Both the position numbers and the translations under genes were made by a program. A DNA stretch of 63,284 bases, counting the filler, from Candidatus Rokuibacteriota bacterium (lineage in GTDB: Bacteria > JAUVQV01 > DATDCY01), in assembly GCA_031406795.1 (NCBI GenBank). It is 7 parts of 7 records of this genome, joined end to end, with 100 filler letters (N's around TTAATTAATTAA, not from the genome) between each part and the next. Parts side by side here need not be neighbours in the genome. Positions count along the whole stretch, not along the records: positions 56,197 to 63,284 come from JANOHV010000095.1; 6 more parts are not named here. One strand, 5' to 3'. Positions 61,807-63,284 of the stretch are shown here, in pieces (position 1 is the stretch's first letter; each line of letters opens with the position of its first letter). The notes beneath the pieces were generated by a model, which was not told the origin of the DNA, did not search any database, and saw only the letters and a program-made list of their open reading frames with translations.

Positions 61807-62677
61807 GTGGATCGGCCGGAAAGAGCGACCGGTCGCGAGCCACGGCCACAACTTCGGGTTCATCGATGAAGGGAGCAAGCGCGAAGTCCGGCGCGCGATC
61901 CTCAAGGCCGTGGCGATCCCGGGGTACCAGGTGCCCTTCGGGTCGCGGGAACTCCCGATCGCCCGCGGGTGGGGCACGGGCGGACTGCAGATCACGCTCT
62001 CGATCATCGGGCCGGACGACGTCCTCAAGGTGATCGACCAGGGAGCCGACGACTCGGTCAACGCGGTCTCGATCCGCCGGTTCGTGCAGACGGTGACCGG
62101 CGTGCGCACGACCACCGCCACGCGGGAGTCGTCCCTGATCCAGACTCGCCATCGAATCCCCGAGGAGCCGCTCGGACCGGGACAGATCCTGGTGCTTCAG
62201 GTGCCAATCCCCGAGCCGCTGCGGCTCGTCGAACCCTCCGAGGCGCAGACGCGCCGCATGCACGCCGAGGCGGACTACGGCCTGATGTGGCTGCACCTCT
62301 ACGAGGACATCGTCCGGTTCCGCGAGATCACGATCGCCTCGCGCTACCCGGTGCTCGTCAACGGACGCTACATGATGGACCCCTCGCCCGTGCCGCGCTG
62401 GGACCTGCCCCGGCTGCACCTGGCCGAAGCCCTCTTCCTCTTCGGCGCCGGCAGGGAGAAGCGCATCTACGCCGTGCCGCCCTGGACCCGGGTCGAGCCG
62501 CTCGAGTTCGCCGATCACCGCTTCCGGGTCGAGGACTTCGGGGGCCGCCGCTGCGCGCACTGCGGCGCGACGGACACCTACCTCGACGAACTGGTCGACG
62601 ACGCGACCGGCGAGCGCACCCACAGCTGCTCGGACACCTCGTACTGCGGCAAGCGCCGGGACGGGAGGGCCGGGTGA
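61793..62677 (+). CDS. phnJ: Radical SAM C-P lyase PhnJ
   Basis: IPGYQVPF (glycyl-radical Gly region), GWGTGG, CX2CX21CX5C (CAHC…CSDTSYC). Confidence 0.97.
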   Translation: MLAREWIGRKERPVASHGHNFGFIDEGSKREVRRAILKAVAIPGYQVPFGSRELPIARGWGTGGLQITLSIIGPDDVLKVIDQGADDSVNAVSIRRFVQTVTGVRTTTATRESSLIQTRHRIPEEPLGPGQILVLQVPIPEPLRLVEPSEAQTRRMHAEADYGLMWLHLYEDIVRFREITIASRYPVLVNGRYMMDPSPVPRWDLPRLHLAEALFLFGAGREKRIYAVPPWTRVEPLEFADHRFRVEDFGGRRCAHCGATDTYLDELVDDATGERTHSCSDTSYCGKRRDGRAG

Positions 62678-63284
62678 CCGAAACGCGTCCGCTGCTCTCC
62701 GTGCGCGGTCTCGGCAAGCGCTTCGGCCGCGGCTGCGAGCTCTGCGCGGCCACCGTCCGGGAGGAGGGCGACCCGGTCCGCTGCCCGCGGTGCGGGACGG
62801 TGGTCGCCTGCCACGACGTCGAGTTCGATCTCTTCCCGGAGGAGGTGCTCGGGATCGTCGGCGAGAGCGGCTCGGGCAAGAGCACGCTGCTGCGACTGCT
62901 GCACTTCGACCGGGAGCCGACCGCCGGGAGCATGTTCATCGTCCCCGGCGCCGCCGGCAGCGACCGCGCCGAAGCGGCCGGGGAATCCTTCGACGGGCTC
63001 GCCGAGGAGAACCTCTTCGCGGCGAGCGCCTTTCGGCGTCGTCAGGTGCGCAACCGCCTGATGGGGATCGTCTACCAGAGCCCGCACCTCGGGTTGCGGC
63101 TGGACGTCTCCGCCGGCGGCAACGTCGCGGAGCGGCTGCTCGCCGCGGGATGGCGCAGCGTCGGGGAGATGCGACGCCGCGCGGCGGAGCTGCTCGAGCG
63201 GACCGAGGTGCCGATCGACCGCATCGACGACGCGCCGCGCACCTTCTCCGGCGGCATGCAGCAGCGCGTGCAGATCGCCAAGGC
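62674..63284 (+). CDS. phnK: C-P lyase ABC-type ATPase PhnK (runs off the window)
   Basis: GTGA overlap with phnJ; GIVGESGSGKS, G.VYQ.P..GL, GGNVAERL, FSGGMQQRVQIAK; absent from the ORF track. Confidence 0.93.
   Translation, partial: MTETRPLLSVRGLGKRFGRGCELCAATVREEGDPVRCPRCGTVVACHDVEFDLFPEEVLGIVGESGSGKSTLLRLLHFDREPTAGSMFIVPGAAGSDRAEAAGESFDGLAEENLFAASAFRRRQVRNRLMGIVYQSPHLGLRLDVSAGGNVAERLLAAGWRSVGEMRRRAAELLERTEVPIDRIDDAPRTFSGGMQQRVQIAK

Overview
This is not one locus. Seven high-GC bacterial contigs (deltaproteobacteria-like gene content, probably a MAG) are joined by six artificial 100-nt spacers (N + TTAATTAATTAA + N). Contig 1 (1-12172): chemotaxis cluster (cheD, cheB, cheR, a cheA with two Hpt domains, STAS, coiled-coil/GAF protein, J-domain protein, three MCPs, cheW). 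Contig 2 (12273-15111): internal part of gltB. Contig 3 (15212-34152): a co-directional run of TPR membrane protein, DUF4388, GGDEF, HD-GYP, FecR-like protein, TPR lipoprotein and MglA-like GTPase, followed by OsmC, an M16 peptidase pair, an 11-heme c/cytochrome b (CbcL-like) protein, a TMTC-like GT-C glycosyltransferase and galU, with MITE and REP repeats. Contig 4 (34253-38342): back-to-back pyruvate kinase and ATP sulfurylase (sat) remnants, plus a complete IS21 with a 5-bp target duplication. Contig 5 (38443-42116): two inverted pbpC copies around an Rdx-family selenoprotein gene (CxxU, in-frame TGA, SECIS-like hairpin) that the ORF track misses. Contig 6 (42217-56096): vapBC, an IS21 end, a Wsp/ACF-like chemosensory operon with two output kinases, and a fragmented groEL. 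Contig 7 (56197-63284): DksA/TraR, a CapA-like metallophosphoesterase, a CBS-domain histidine kinase with a receiver, and C-P lyase phnGHIJK. Best leads: the hidden selenoprotein inside a possibly invertible pbpC cassette, the c-di-GMP/MglA operon, the double-Hpt CheA, the CBS kinase with a Pho-box-like repeat ahead of phn, and REP palindromes read in frame in a peptidase gene. All calls come from reading motifs by eye; no database searches were run.
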